Assembly: GCA_032718475.1 (NCBI GenBank)
Contig: JAUCBJ010002919.1
Span: 1-64,000, forward strand
Reading direction: 5' to 3'
Source: Nemertoderma westbladi
Lineage: Eukaryota > Animalia > Xenacoelomorpha
Length of the DNA stretch: 64,000 nt
This document shows, in pieces, positions 36,665-51,299 of the stretch. Positions within the stretch are counted from its first letter, which is position 1; each line of letters starts with the position of its first letter. The translations under genes were made by a program, and so were the position numbers. The notes beneath the pieces were generated by a model that saw nothing but the letters and a program-made list of their open reading frames with translations, did not search any database and was not told where the DNA came from.

Positions 36665-36799
36665 AATTTGGGGCGGTAAAAAGTATATGGTGCGAAAACT
36701 ATGTAATCTGGGAAAGAATAAGTTGTGGTCAAAATATATTATGTAAGACTGATCGACAACAGTTTATAGGCCACTAAACAAGAAAATTGATTTTGCAAT

Positions 36800-37240
36800 T
36801 TAAATCGGAGACCAATAATAAAACACACATTACATACCGAATGTTTTAGCTTTGTGGTGTGATATAATATATTTTGACAGACAGATTGACATGATAAACG
36901 GACAGACAGAAATACAGTCTAGATAACACCAAAATGGAAAACTGATATCAAAAAGGAAGTCGGATAACGATAAAACACAGATGCCCAAGATTTTAGCTTT
37001 GTATGGTGAAATATTCTATTTTGACAGACACATAGGCAGACAAATGGAAAGACATACAGACAGTCTAGATGCCATCAAACGTGAAAACCGTAATCGGGAA
37101 TGAAATCACAGACTATGAAAACTCCATTCCATAGGTTTTTGCCATGGGGTGAGAGATACTATTATGTAAAACAGACAAACGCGCAGACAGACAAAACGTC
37201 TAAATGCAACAAGCATGAAAACTGATATCGAAAATTGCAA
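36800..37240 (+). repeat. Further degenerate copies of the ~140 bp unit seen at 30240-31200
   Basis: ttttagctttgt...attttgacagaca...aaacggacagacag...gaaaactgatatc. Confidence 0.7.
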
Positions 37241-40099
37241 AAAAAGCAAAGTTAAGCATGCATTAAGCCTAAGCATGTTTAAATAAAACATGCAGCCTTA
37301 AGCACTGGGACTGTATTATGGCTACATGTCTTATTTCATAACTATATACGTTATTATTCACAAAATAGCACATTAGCGTTACGGCACGAGTGATTTTGTT
37401 TCCCGAGCGACCGCGAGGGAATTAATAGAACAAGGGCCGAAAAGAAAAATTATGATTGAAAAGAAAATACAATAACAGTTGTAGCTAGTAATAATGCACA
37501 ATTTTGTAAATTTTTCTTATAATTATCGGTTATATGGCTGCATATTAAATTTCAACATTATTAGGTATATTTATTAGGAAAGATTTATAAAGAATAATGC
37601 TGAAAATTCAAGTGCATCAAACCTTCCACTACACCGAAACTCCTGAAATATAGTTTAAATAAATTATGCAGCCATAAGCAGTTGATATGTCTTATGGTTG
37701 CATGTCATATTTTTATAATTCTTATTATGTTTTTTTTAAAGTTATATTTTGGTTAATTAATACAATATCATTAATTATTTCATGAATCTAAAACTTAGAA
37801 GAAACAAAAATGCAATATAATTATAGCAAATAAAATAACAAATGTTTATCAAAGAAACAGTTTTAGGGAATTTAGGAATTGGATTTATTAATTTTGTTAT
37901 ATGGCTGCATATTTTATCTCAAATTTATGAATTTTGTTAATTTTGAAAAATAACTATTCTTTTACATAAATAATTATTTTTTGTCCATCTTTTTATCCGT
38001 ATATTCGAGGAATTGTAAAAGCATATTTTTTCAGAGGCCAAAGGTCAAGGAAAAAATGCTGGAATAAATGAAGAAATAGAATACAGCTCAAGTCGCAGAT
38101 GATAATATTTAGCTTATTAATATTAACCATTTTTAAAAGCGTGAGGGCATTCATTATTTTATAACAACAGCTATAATTTTAGGTCTATCTAGTGGTAGTT
38201 GTAGTCTGCAATTAATAGCGTAAATTGATATAAATGTTACAATATTAATGTGATTAATTTATTATTTAGCATTTGCTGTTGTAATAAATTAATGTAAGGT
38301 ATCAAAATTTCATACTTCGTTTCTTATTGAACAAAGCTCGCTCTGCTCGTTTGGTACAATGATCGGCGGTCATAAAACTCTGAATAGTGATATTTTCACA
38401 TAAGGACGTTTTCTAGTTAGTAAAACCATTTTTAATTCATTATTTTTGAGTTATGGTGAGGTCCGTTATGCAACAACGTGAAATTGATGTTTCATTAAAA
38501 ATGGAAATGTTTTATCTTAGTAACAGCCCTATAAACAAACCAAATATATATATAAAGTTATATAGATATACATAACTAAATAAATATTCTTATTTCATCA
38601 AAATATGTTGTGCATCCATATGACCAGTCCTACCTAGGATTTCCCAAATTTGGCTAAAGTGAAGAAATTCCTGGAGTTATATAGAATATGATTATACATA
38701 ATACTATATAATATGCAACCATAAGATCGCTAAATTCTATATAAAAGTTATATATATTTTGTTTGATCTTTCAAAATGTCTTATGGCTGCAATCATTAGA
38801 TATATATGTATATATCTTAAATTTAATATGTTTATATTGAATTATCCCTGCTTAGTAGAATAAGAATTGCAGATAGGTGGGAGGGGGACTCTTGATGCAA
38901 CAAAAAGTATAAAAAGTCAAATTTATTATTTATAAAAACACTACCGGTAGCTATCATAAATAATAAATAAAAATAAAAATAAAAAATTAATGATAAGCTC
39001 CTAGCTAACTTAATTGGGCACTACTATAGTATGTGTACCCATAAACGATATTTTTTCCTGGTGACTAGTTTTTTCTACTTTTTTTTTTAGAAAAGGTCTA
39101 TGTTTTCTGTAAAAAATTATATTCTAGAACAAAACTTTTTTGTTCTAGAACATTTTTAAAAATTTGATCACAATGTAATCCCAATATAATCACAATGATA
39201 ATATTTACTTGAACTGTAACCATAGCAACAATAACATAATTTCTGAAATAAATTTATGAAATAAAGTTGTAGTTGGAGAAGAAATAGAAAAGGGAAGTAG
39301 CCGATATATTTGAAAAAAATTTATTTTTCAAAAAATAATAGCTATCTCGCAAAATCGCTAGCTAGCATGAAAATTGGTAGCTATTAATGTTTATAGGTAA
39401 TTAAACGATGTATTACACATAACAATTAATTTCTAATAAAATTAGTCAACTTTAAATTGTTAAAATTGTTAATCTTAAAATTGTTCTAGTACAAAAAATA
39501 TTTGATATAGAACATAATTTTTTTTACCTAACAATAGCTAACTTCACATAGAATACTTCAAAAACACTAATGAAGAACAATTCAATACATAGAACACATA
39601 AAAAAATACAAAGTTTGGTACCCGGGCAATACTAATGACATCATAATAATGGCATCAGTAATTTTTTTTGGTTATAATAAATTAGCTAATGTAGCCTGCT
39701 CTTTTCCCTTAATTGATAATTAACATTGATGTTTCGCGGATATGAGATAATACATTAATTCGGCATGATGGGACTTGCATCAAGTTTCCCTTCTCTGCCA
39801 AGAATCTAATATTACTGTATAATTGGCACGGTAGCTATTCCCCGGCAAAACAACTATAAACAATGTTCTAGAACTGGCCGTTATGTTAACAACATATGGG
39901 GACAACTTAAATATTTGATCATAGCCAAAATTTAGATATTTGAGACAAAGTTTAGCCGCCGGGTATATCAAAGGTGAAATTATAAGTATGAAATAAGTTC
40001 GCATCTTATTGATATAACGAAGATTATAGTGTTTATTAATAAATACAATTCCAAGTTGAATATTTGCGATTTTTTGCTTATATATGACTATTAAATAAG

Positions 40100-40606
40100 T
40101 TGTAAATTTGTTATACTTTGTTACTTATTGATCAATTTATGAGACTTTGTCTCCTATCCATGGTAACAAGATTCCCAAGGATTAGTAGAGTTTACTAACA
40201 GATCCTTTGTACAGTACAGTACTCCCGTGGATGGTTACTTATTGATCAATTTAGGAGATATATTTGGTCAGAAAAAAGTTATATTTTGAAAAAAAAATCA
40301 GTTGCTAAGTAAATATTTGCCCGTTGTTATGGTCCTCATTTGAAGATTCGGTCACCTAAACTTTTAAGTAATTTGCTATATAACAAAGTGTAACTTGACC
40401 AATTTTGGGGAAATTTCATTCAGCCAATCACCCATTACTAAGGTAAGTAGTCTTTGTTGGCATGGTAACAGGGTACCAATGATATTCAGAGGTGGTTCAC
40501 TATCTTTAGACACTCGCCCTTATATGGACTATCTATGGGTAAGTTTTGGTGCTTTTATCACAAAATGCACAATTCCTCCAAAATATGGTGCTTAACGTCC
40601 CTACTA
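40100..40606. mobile_element. Possible terminus of a non-autonomous DNA transposon (Academ-like)
   Basis: Repeated catggtaac motifs and an end ggtgcttttatcacaaaatgcacaatt...ctacta resembling Academ-type ends as recalled. Partner end not found. Confidence 0.3.
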
Positions 40607-41524
40607 CGTATACCCACTAAAATTTTTAAACATTAATTATTATATACTGTATATTGTATATTATATTATATTATTAGGATATCGCGGAGACATCACAGTC
40701 GTAGCAGCGATTGAACAATACAATCATCGATTTAAAATTACAAGTAAAAACTCACATAAAATATACACAACGTCTTATGCTATGGCTTAAAATTAAGTAA
40801 TATACAGTATTTATTGAGTACGAATTTGTAATTAAAGTAAAATTATCTAAATATTGACACTTAACTAATTTGCTATATAAAACGATCAAACTTTAAAAAT
40901 CTGTTAAAATCAACAGTAGGTAAACCAGCCTTAAAAATATTTAACGAAGTAGATGATGACATTGTTGCATTGTTACTATGGCAACTATGGACAGTTTTAG
41001 AACTGTCCATAATTAATAAAAAAAGTTAAAAAAATTAAAAGAACTGTCCGTAATTTTAAAATTCAAAATAGCTAGTATTTAAAAAATAAAAATAAAAAGT
41101 TTTTATTACATTTAGTTTTATAAATTTTATAATTTCATGTAGCTAGTAATTTTTAAGATAGCTAGTATTTTTATAACATAGGTAGGCCTATTGCTTGTGT
41201 GACCATTTTTAAATTTAAAAAATACGGTATATTTTAGATTTATATTAATGGTAGGTGTTATAGAACATTAGTAGAAATGTTTTTTTTATGGTAGGCCCCT
41301 AGCTAGTATTTTTTTTACGAGCTAGTATTTTTTGAAACTATAAAAATGTTAAAACATTTGGCATCAAATTGTTAAAAGTTGAAATCTGAATTTTTTAAAA
41401 ATTACTAGCTAATTTAAAATTAAAAAATAACTAGTGTAGAGAGCGCAGTCTCTCAACTTCCAATAATAATATTTACATAGGTAGGCCTAAACAATACCGC
41501 CATGCAGAATGTGGAAAGTATATA

Positions 41525-42434
41525 CACCATGACCCGTAATATAGTGTCATTTTCTGATGACACGGACCCCCCCCCCCCCCCCCCCCCCGAATTCTTCTCA
41601 AATTCTTCTTAATCATATTGTTTGAAATTTGAAACACAACTAGTTCAACTCACCGTGGTTGTTACCATGAAGCCGGAATTTTCGATTTCGCCTTTTAATT
41701 TTATTTATAAGCGTTTTAAAAAAGTGTCTTTTGCAAAATCGCACCCTCTGTATCACTTCCATTCTTCACTTTAGTCGTAATTTTTTCACATCAATAGAAA
41801 GCTTGCGTTGAAAGGATTCCAAATATGTAGCAATATCTGAATTTCGTTGAGAAACAGCTGAGAAGTAGGCATTCAAAGATTGCAAAAATTATTGTTCGCT
41901 GCAGGCCATTTATTCTATTTAATAAATACACAATATTCTAGAACGTGTTATTTATTTTATGAGTTGGTACGCAACAGCGGTATGCCTATAAAATATATCT
42001 ATATTGCCTAGCTATTTATACATAAACAAATTGTTCCAGAATATTGTGTATTTATTAAATAGAATAAATGGCCTGCAGCGAACAATAATTCTTGCAATCT
42101 TTGAACGCTCATTTCTCAGCTGTTTCTCAATGAAATTCAGATATTGCTACATATATGGAATCCTTTCAACGCAAGCTTTCTATTGATGTGAAAAAATTAC
42201 GACTAAAGTGAAGAATGGCAATACAGAGGGTGCGATTTCGCAAAAGACACTTTTTTAAAACGCTTATAAATAAAATTTGAAGGCGAAATCGAAAATTCCG
42301 GCTTCATGGTAACAACCACGATGAGTTGAACTAATTATGTTTCAAATTTCAAACAATATGATAAAGATTTGTAGAAAAATTTGGGGGGGGGGTCCGTGTC
42401 ATCAGAAAATGACACTATATTACGGGTCATGGTG
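41525..42434. mobile_element. Almost fully palindromic MITE (910 bp), TA-flanked
   Basis: CACCATGACCCGTAATATAGTGTCATTTTCTGATGACACGGACCCC... and its reverse complement; arms >400 bp; TA on both sides. Confidence 0.9.
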
Positions 42435-42559
42435 TACGACTGGCAGATACTGCAGTACTGGTTAAGTGGTCGGTCTGCTAGTGGCGGTTGTATCAGTATA
42501 GCTGAACTTTATAGTTTCAGTTTCGGTCAATTCGGGTTCGATGACCCCCAATATATATA

Positions 42560-45500
42560 TGGCCACTACATGGCTCCCCCCAGAACCTGAATTAATAAAA
42601 ATAGTCCGGCTGCTGGATGGCCCGCCCACTTCGAGTTGCTATGGTAGTTTGCGGTGGGTCGGATGAGTTGCAGAGACTGGGGGGGGGGGGGGGAGGTCCG
42701 GGGGTGTCACTGTAGGTCGTCGACCACGATGCGGTGGGACGGCCACAGTTGGCGGGTTCATCGATAGCGAGGTGGGCCGGTTTGAGTCTGTCGATGGAGA
42801 CAGTCTCCTGACGCCCACCCACCTCGATGACGAACGTTTTTGAGCCGCGCTGTACGACCTAGTACGGCCCGGTGTAGGGCTGCTGTAAGGGAGTGCGGTG
42901 AGCATCGGTGCGTAGAAAGACATAGTCACTGGTGGTTATTTGTGACGGCACTGACGAGTTTGGTTGGCCATGACGGGAGGTTGGTGTGTGCATGAACTGC
43001 CGTGCGTGGTTGTGGAGGTCCGGGAGGAAAGCTGTCGAGTTTGGAGGGTCGGTTGGCGAGGCAATGAAGTCGCCAGGCACCGGGAGTGGCTCGCCATAGA
43101 CCAGTTCGGCCGACGAGCAGAGGAGGTCCTCTTTGGGGGCTGGTCCTGTAGCCCAGAAGGGCGCAGGGCAGTTCGTCAACCCAGTTTGGTCCAGTTAGTC
43201 GGGCTCTAAGGGAGACCTTGAGGGAACGGTGGCACCGTTCCACCAGGCCGTTGGCCTGCGGGTGGTAAGCTGTCATCTGGTGGAGTTTGGTGCCAAAGAG
43301 TCTGTTGACATCGGCCCACAACTCCAAGGTGAACTGACTACCGCGGTCGGAGGAGAGTTCAACCGGGACGCCGAACCGAGCGATCCAGTGGGCGACGAGA
43401 ACGCGGGGCAGCTCTTGGTGGTGGAGTCGGCGAGCGGGATGGCCTCGGGCCAACGAGTAGACCGGTCAACGATCGTGAACAGGTAGGTGAAGCCCTGGGA
43501 TGGAGGGAGGGGACCCACAAGGTCGACGTTGACATGGTCAAACCAGCGTCGAGGAACAGAGAATGTCTCGAGGGGGGCCTTTATATGGCGCTGGACTTTG
43601 GAAGTCTGGAAGGCGACGCAGGTCTTGGCTCAGCTCATCACCTGTTTGGACAGGCCATGCCAGACGAAACGCTTGGAGAGGAGTTTCCTAGTGGAGCGGA
43701 TGGATGGGTGGGACAGCAAATGGACCACATCGAACATGTGGCGGTGCCACGTGCTGGGGACAATCAGCCAAGGTGTGCCCGTAGAGACGTCACAGAGGAG
43801 CGTGACATCATCATCCGCTAGTGTGACGTCACGTAGATTGAGGCTACCAGGGTTTGCCCGGAAGGCCTGGAGTTCGTCGTCCTCCCGTTGGGCGGCCGAC
43901 ATGGCCTTATAGTCGACCCCGAGTTGGGTTGACAGATGGCCCACGAAGCTGCGAGAGAGGGCGTCCAAGACCTGGTTGTCCTTCCCATCTACGTGGCGTA
44001 CATTTATGGTAAATTCTGAGATGTATGCCAGGTGGCGCTGTTGACGGGGAGATCAGGGGTCAGTTACCTTTGAGAAGGCCTGAGTTAGGAGTTTATGGTC
44101 TGTGTAGGCCACAAACAGACGGCCCTCGAGAAGGTAATGGAAGTGGCAGACAGCGAGGTAGAGGCCGAGGAGTTCTCGGTACTTCCGCTCGGGAGAGTGG
44201 AGTTGTGAAGAACTGAAGAATGCGAGAGGACGCCACTTGCTGTCAGTCCACTGCTCGAGGGCCGCGCCAACAGCGGAGTCGGATGCGTCGGTGGTGACGG
44301 AGGTCAGCGCATCGTGGCGAGGGTGGACTAGCATGGTGGTGTTCGCGAGGGCCCACTTGGAGGACTCGAAGGATGTGGCTAGTTCGGGAGTCCAGTCGAT
44401 GTCCTTAACCTTGGTGGCGATGGCATCGTAAAGTGGCTGCAGTGTGGCAGCAGCTGCGGGAATAAATCGGTGGTAAAACGTTATCATACCGATAAATTCC
44501 CGCAAACCTTTGGTGGTGGTTGGACGTGGGAAGGAGCGGTTGGCTTCTACCTTATCGGGGAGCGGATGGACGCCGGATGCTTTGTAGAGGTCGCCCAGCA
44601 ACTGGATTTCCTTCACCCCGAATACGCACTTCGCCACATTAACGACAAGGCCATAGTCTTGGAGCCGCTGGTAGAGTTGATGCAGATGGGCGAGGTGTTC
44701 CTCGGGGGTTGCAATCGCGATGAGGATATCGTCGAGGTACACGTAGAGGAAGTCCAGCCCGGAGCACACAAAATCCATCAGGCGTTGGAAGACTGGGCGG
44801 CGTTCCTGACGCCGAACGGCATACGAACGAATTCGAAGAGGCTGAACGGAGTGATGACGGCAGTCTTTGGAACGTCCTCGGGAGCCACGGGGATCTGCGG
44901 TGGTAACCCCGCACCATGTCAACCTTGGAGAAGATCGTTGCCCCGGCGAGTTGCGCCGAAAAGTCCTGTATGTGCGGGACAGGGTAACGATCGGGGGTGG
45001 TCGCGTCGTTTAGCAGCTGGTAGTCGCCGCAGGGCCACCAACCGCCGTTCGGTTTGGGTGCCATGTGGAGGGGAGACGACCAGCGGCTACTCGAACGGCG
45101 AATAATCCCCATCGCCTCCATCTTGCAGAACTCCTCCCGTGCAATGTTGAGTTTATCGGGCGGCAGTCGGCGGGTGCGGGCATGGACAGGAGGACCAGTG
45201 GTCGGGATGTAATGCTCCACTCCGTGGCGAGTGGACGAGTCCGAGAAGGTTGGCATCGTGATGGCGGGGAACTCCGCCAGGAGGTTGGAGTAAACTCGTT
45301 CCACGGCGGTCGACGAGAGGCGAGGATGGGTTCTCAGGATGGTGGAGGAGGAGCAACGGAGGGGGATCGGCTGGAAAGTTTCCATGTCGATGAGTTGCTG
45401 CCCCTTTATGTCCACCATCAGGGTGTGGTCGCAGAGGAAATCAGCCCCAAGCAACGGTTGGGGGACGTCTGCGATCACGAAGTCCCAGTGGGTCCGCCGG

Positions 45501-46240
45501 TCATTGAACCGCAGAGGGATAGAGTGGGTCCCGTAGGAACAAATCGCTGTTTGTATCAACCAGTCGATGCCGCGGCTACCGTCGGCTGGTCAGGGCGTTT
45601 CCCGGGAAGGAACATGGCGAATTGCACTTCTTGGCAGCTCTACCAAACCGGGCATGGTAGTAACACACGTGGTCAGTGTCAGGCTGAGCAGTGCCGGTGG
45701 AGTTTGCGGATGAGCAGATTTTGGGGGGGGGGGCGCGAGTTTGTCATCATCCTGTTAACGCCAGCCAGTTGAGAATGTCCCTGGCGTTTGGCCAACCAAA
45801 GAACGTCGGTGGTGGCAGCCAGGGTGTGGGGGCCCTTGAATGAGTCGTTCGAGATCTGGAGCTGAATGTCCTCAGGGAGCTGTTCGACGAAGAGTTGCTC
45901 AAACAGCAAACACGGTGTGTGGCCGGTGAGGAGCCCCAGCATCTCATCCATCAGTTTGGACTGCTTGCGGTCGCCCAGCCCACGCATATGGAGGAGTCTC
46001 GCAGCGCCCCCCCGCCTACTCAGGGTGAATGTCCCGAGGAGCCTCGTCTTCAGTCCCTCGTACTTCCCGTCGATAGGCGGAGCTGTGAGGGTGTCGAGTA
46101 GGCGAGCGGCGGTCGGATGGTCGAGAGAGGCGACGACGTGGTAGTACATGGTGGAGTCATCCACAATCCTCCGAAGGTGGAACTGCGCCTCCACCTGAGC
46201 GAACCAGACGGATGGGTTTTCCGCCCAGAACGGGGGCAGC
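42560..46240 (-). mobile_element. Degenerate Ty3/Gypsy retrotransposon (gag, RT, RNase H, integrase; frameshifted)
   Basis: Gag LPPFWAENPSVWFAQVEAQF. RT WSSPLHMAPK, DRYPVPHI and YVYLDDILI. RNase H TTDASDSAVGAALEQ. Integrase TIVDRSTRWPEAIPL, SDRGSQF, TAYHPQANGLVER and PYTGPY. PPT GGGGGGAG then TGTAGTGG at 42570. Protease active site not found. Confidence 0.93.
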
Positions 46241-47806
46241 ACGGTCAGATCGTAATGCGAGCCACTGCCAAGTTCCTCATGCCTCACTCAGGCCACCCAC
46301 CTTGGAGTGCGGTGGGAAGAGTCCGACTTATGTCGACGACTGGACGAATCGACGAGGATTGCGATTTGGGTTTAGCGGCGGCCCAGACAGCCGGATCCCG
46401 GATCTTGGGATCGCCTGGGGGAAATTGTTTAAAGTCGGGCAGACGTGAATCGCACCGGATTACGTTTTCTGCCATGCAAAAGCGTGGGGCGAATTCGTTG
46501 TCGCATTGGGTCGGAAGCTGCGGGAATTCTACTGTTCTACGGGAATAACCGGTGACTGTCCGGTGACTACGGACGGATACTGGGATAAGCAGGTATTTCG
46601 ATCGAGTTTCTCGTATTCTCGATTTTCTCGAATTCTCGATATTTCCTATAAACCACATGGCTTCGCATATTGAACGTGTGATTGGAAATATGTTTATGCT
46701 ACCCTTCCGCCCCTTGGGTGGTTTTCAGCTTTAAAGCTGAAAAGCTGAAAAGCTTCAGCTTCAGCTTGTTTATTTATGTAAACCTCCCTCGCTGCGCTCG
46801 CTCGCTACGCTCGCTCGCTACATAAATAAACTCGGGTCATAACGCTGCAAAGTGCTACTTTGCACACAATGATGTAACTAGTTATTATTTACTATGCATG
46901 CAACATACAATATATTATTTGTGATACTTTATGATTACATTCTTACTGACGGACAGTATGTTCCCACATTTGTTGTATTTTTTGGTAACATACTGTCTGG
47001 GAACCTACTATGATGTTGTCGTTCTCATTCATGAAAGCTGGTGCGTAGACGGGCGTACGATGTTATGTCTGATGAAGAGTAGACCAGTTATAAGTCATAC
47101 GGTCGGGTGGGGGTGGAATTGAATTCAAAATACGTATAGGCCTATCTATATATGTTTGGATTTTTTCGGCTGATTTTTCCAGGATCGCATTTTTCAGTGA
47201 TGAGAGGGAAGATTCTAGAGTAGCCTTAGGATATAGGTTAAGGTCAAGAGCCATCTTCAATGGCGATTTGACGCTGGCTACTAATTTGTGGATTGAACTC
47301 ACCTCAGGTGAGTTCAATCCACAAATTCACAGCCATTCCACAGCCAGGTGAGTCACCTGGCTGTACGGTACTTAATGATGTCTTTGATGAGGGGGCGACC
47401 TAATTTAATGAGGGAAACTCATTTGGCGTGGAGGTTTTGATACCGAGTTTCGTCTTTAGTATTTTCCGGAATTTATTATCTAATTAGTGCAGTGGAATAT
47501 TTCTCCATGCCTCATAGTATATGGGATTGTTTTTTGTTAAGCAGGCTGCGTATACTAAGCTTGACTACAGTATCATAATCAAAATATGATAATTATTTTT
47601 TCAATTTAATTAAAATAAACAGAAAATGCAGGGTGAGTACAAAACAAAGACCAAAGATACAAGACCCAATTAAGTAACCTGCATAATCTTGTAACAAGTG
47701 TTAATTTTCGTTTATTGATTTGGTTCCACCAACACGCCTCTGTCTGCTCCTGTACTAACCTGCTCACTTAAATGACAATGTGACCTAACGCTCTGGCGCC
47801 TGTACA

Positions 47807-49218
47807 AACTACTACTAGGATCGGCATGCTGCATTGCAGCTGCATTTTTAAGAATGCTGTGCCGGCTTGTCAACAAAATTGCACCACCACAACTCCCTAT
47901 CACCCATGACATTTGCTAGATCATCCGCAACTTTAAGGCCAGTGTCCTTTAAGATTCGTCTCAAGAAAGTCATGGGCTGTCCACCATGCTTATTCACTCC
48001 ATGAGGCTGCCAAAGCACAAGATTATGCACTGGCTGGTCCTCACGGCGAAAGCAATGTCCTGCAAAGCGGAGGCGATTTTGTTCTAGTGTCAAGCTTGGG
48101 GGAACCAATGAGACACCTCCAATGTTATATAGTGTCTGGTTGGAGATGTGTGCATTGTACTTGACACAATGAACCCGGCGTAGCATTCTTGTGAATGTGC
48201 CATCCAGAGATTTGGTGTCCTCAGCAGTTAGAGCCCAGCATGGACTCCCGTAGAGGAGTACTGGAACTACTGCTGCTCTAAATAATCGGACCTTAAGTTT
48301 CCGATTAATTCTCGGTGACTTCCAAATCCTGGAAAGCCTATTCAAGGCTGCCCATGCCTTTCCCTTACGTATTCGAAGGTCCTCACCTGACTTCCGGATC
48401 CATGATCCCAGGTAACAGAAGTCATCCACATGCTCAAGCTTACCATCCTTTGAGCTTATGCTCATCCGATCAGAGTCTTGCTGAGGACTTTCAAAGTTAA
48501 CGGTCAGAATTTTGGTCTTTCTGGAGTTAATAAAAAGACCAACACTAGAAGCAGCATGTTCTAATGAGCTGAGGAGCCGTTGGGCTCCCTCTAATGATTC
48601 TGAGAGTACTCCTAAGTCATCAGCAAAGTCTAGATCAGTTAGGTACTTGGCAGGATTTCCTCGACTTCTGGAGCCAGTAGGTGGAGTTATCAACACCCCA
48701 TCATCATTATGATGATCTAAGGACATGCGTAGAACATAGTCAACCACAATAATGAACAAGAATGGTGCAAGTGTGTCTCCTTGGAGGACGCCCCATAACA
48801 CTTCAAATGGTTCTGTGTCACCGTCAACAGTAGACACAAATGTTGTCGAACCATCGTATACTGATCTGATTGCTGCAATAATTTCATCAGGAATCCCATA
48901 TAATGAAAGTATGCTGAACATACGTGAGCGAGAGACTGAATCAAAGGCCTTGAAGAAGTCAACAAAGATAACAGCCAGATGCCTGTCTTTCTTTTTTGAT
49001 AATTCTTCAATTATCCTTCTAATTGCCAAAATGGGCTCCATGGTCCCACGACCTTTACGGAACCCATTCTGATTTCCACGGAGCAGTCTCTCAATGGGAT
49101 CCCTGATGCGATTTAATAGAATCCTATTGTATAGCTTTGCAACAATCGAGATCAATGAGATTCCCCGAAAAGAACCATAGAGTGTTAGGTTGCCCTTCTT
49201 GGGAACTGGCACCAACTT
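47807..49218 (-). mobile_element. 5'-truncated RTE-like LINE with an intact RT domain (ORF 47848-49254)
   Basis: PVPKKG...RGISL, QNGFRKGR, FVDFFKAFDSV, GVLQGDTLAPFLF, DLDFADD and FCYLGS motifs; short 3' UTR with (TAG)n tail. Confidence 0.92.
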
Positions 49219-49604
49219 ATTAGGCCTGATTAACGACACTATATTCCGGGACATGGTGCATAAGTTGCATTCTAACAGTTATTCCACACAATAGATAAAA
49301 GCTGCAGGCATGCCAGATCTTACTTGTATGTAAAACTGAATTAGTAAATATATGCAAGCTTATACCATCACCACGGTAACGGGATTGTAAATATAAATAA
49401 ACTTTTTCCTCTGACATATTTCAGTATTTGATATTTGTCAAATATTTTATAGCCTAACTATCAAATGACTCAACTAACAAATCTGAATGTCAGAAACTGT
49501 CACAGTATTGAATTATAGGCGCGCAAAGTTCGAACATTGCAACAAATTAATATAACAAGTTTAAGCTAAATAATGTATTAAAGGGACACACAATACGTAC
49601 ATAT

Positions 49605-50003
49605 TAGTGTTTAAACGGGATCAGACTTTCCGGGATTCCAGGAGTGAGAACGGGATTATCCCTCTCGGGATCGGGATTGCAATTTTGGATTAAATTCCTT
49701 AAAGTTAATGTATATGTGGCGGGTTTTGGATAACACTGTAATTTGCAGTTCTGAAATATTAGTAAGAAAAAGTTATATAAAAATTATTTTGCAATCGATT
49801 ACTGGGTAGTTTACTGACATATAATAAATAAATGTGATATAATAAAAACTTTTCCGCTGCAACTATTATAGGATATTCAAGAAATTTACTTCACTATTTT
49901 TTATACTTCGGGATCCCGTTCCAAAAACGTCGGGATCGGCACCGGGATTGCATATTTTGCCAGGATCCCGGTTTTTCGGGATCGGGATCCCGTTTAAACA
50001 CTA
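49605..50003. mobile_element. hAT-like MITE
   Basis: TIR TAGTGTTTAAACGGGATC...GATCCCGTTTAAACACTA; subterminal CGGGAT repeats. No clean TSD. Confidence 0.75.
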
Positions 50004-51299
50004 ACGTATCACAATAAATGACAAATATAAATTACGGTTATTCATATTCATTATTTCAAATTCGAAACTATACCAGCATTGGTGAAAAGACATTGATAAC
50101 GTGCGGAGATCCAAATCCCGATATGATATTAAACTCCTTGCATCCATTCTTGAAACAGGAACTTCATTCTGCTGGTATAACTTTTTCAAAACAAATGTAT
50201 ATTAATTTCAAAAGCTGCCCCGGAATTCATCCGGTCAGAAATTCGACCGTGTTTATGAGAATTCCGGTTCCGTTCGGAATCAAAGTGATTCCGGGCGGAA
50301 CTCATGGAATTAAAGGAAATCATAAGGCCTGTTTGAAAAAAATGAAATCACCAAATTCAAAAGTACATAAATATTAATTTCATACATAATAGTATAACAT
50401 AAACAAAACCATGCCGGCTAGTTTCATTACACCAAACAGACAGAGCCAAATATCCCTTCTAAGAAATTTAAGGCCAAAGGGTATTCATAACAAATGGAAG
50501 TGCCTGTGTTGGTGTAAATTCTAACAATGATAGTGTATTTTATTATCGTGGTACTTGCACGGTATAAATTCCATAAATGAACCATGTCAGTATTTTGAGA
50601 ATAAATAATTGAATTTGAAATAATTATGTTTAATTATATCGCATAAATGAATCCCACGGCGTCTGTCTAGGTACCACAAAATCATAGTCAAAGTGTGTAC
50701 TTGTGAAATTTCCACGCGGTGCCGGTGGTAGTCTGCCTTGTCTCAGTCTAATCCAGCTGATAACCGCAGTGGTAGATATTAGATCTTCGGTGAGACAAGA
50801 AAACAATATTATTTATTTATCAAAATATCAGATTCAGTTAAAGTAACATTCCGTACTGGTAATTAATTGGTTAAATAGTCACTCCAGTCTCGGATTCTTG
50901 GAAAAATTCCGGTTCTGATTCAGGTGCAGCCCGAAAATAATAGACAACATTCTGATACTATGTTATCTCAAAAGTTTCACTTTCCTTTGTATTTCATACA
51001 CCATAATATTCATACCAGTATATAACGGTACTGCTATTCCGTACAGGCAAACTTTATACGTATAACGTGTAGTCTACGTTTAATGTTTCGTACTCGGTCA
51101 AAACAAAACATAAATATCAGTGAGATGTTCGGCCAACTATAAATCAGTGCACTAAACAGTATAGTGCATTCCCTTCGATGCATTCATTGTATTTTAGGAC
51201 TTACAGAAATTTAGTTTTAAAATACAAAAGTGAAATACAAATGTTTCAATCATGGGATTTAATGAAGTACCGGTATATAATTATTTATTCAGTCTTGAC

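Noticed and set aside
34084-36732. 882-aa (SQSV)n ORF
   Set aside because: Translation of the (GACT)n microsatellite, whose reverse strand has no stops; not a gene.
47380-47460. Hammerhead-like TGATGA...GAAAC...GTT arrangement
   Set aside because: The core lacks the conserved C of CUGAUGA, and stems I and II cannot be formed convincingly.
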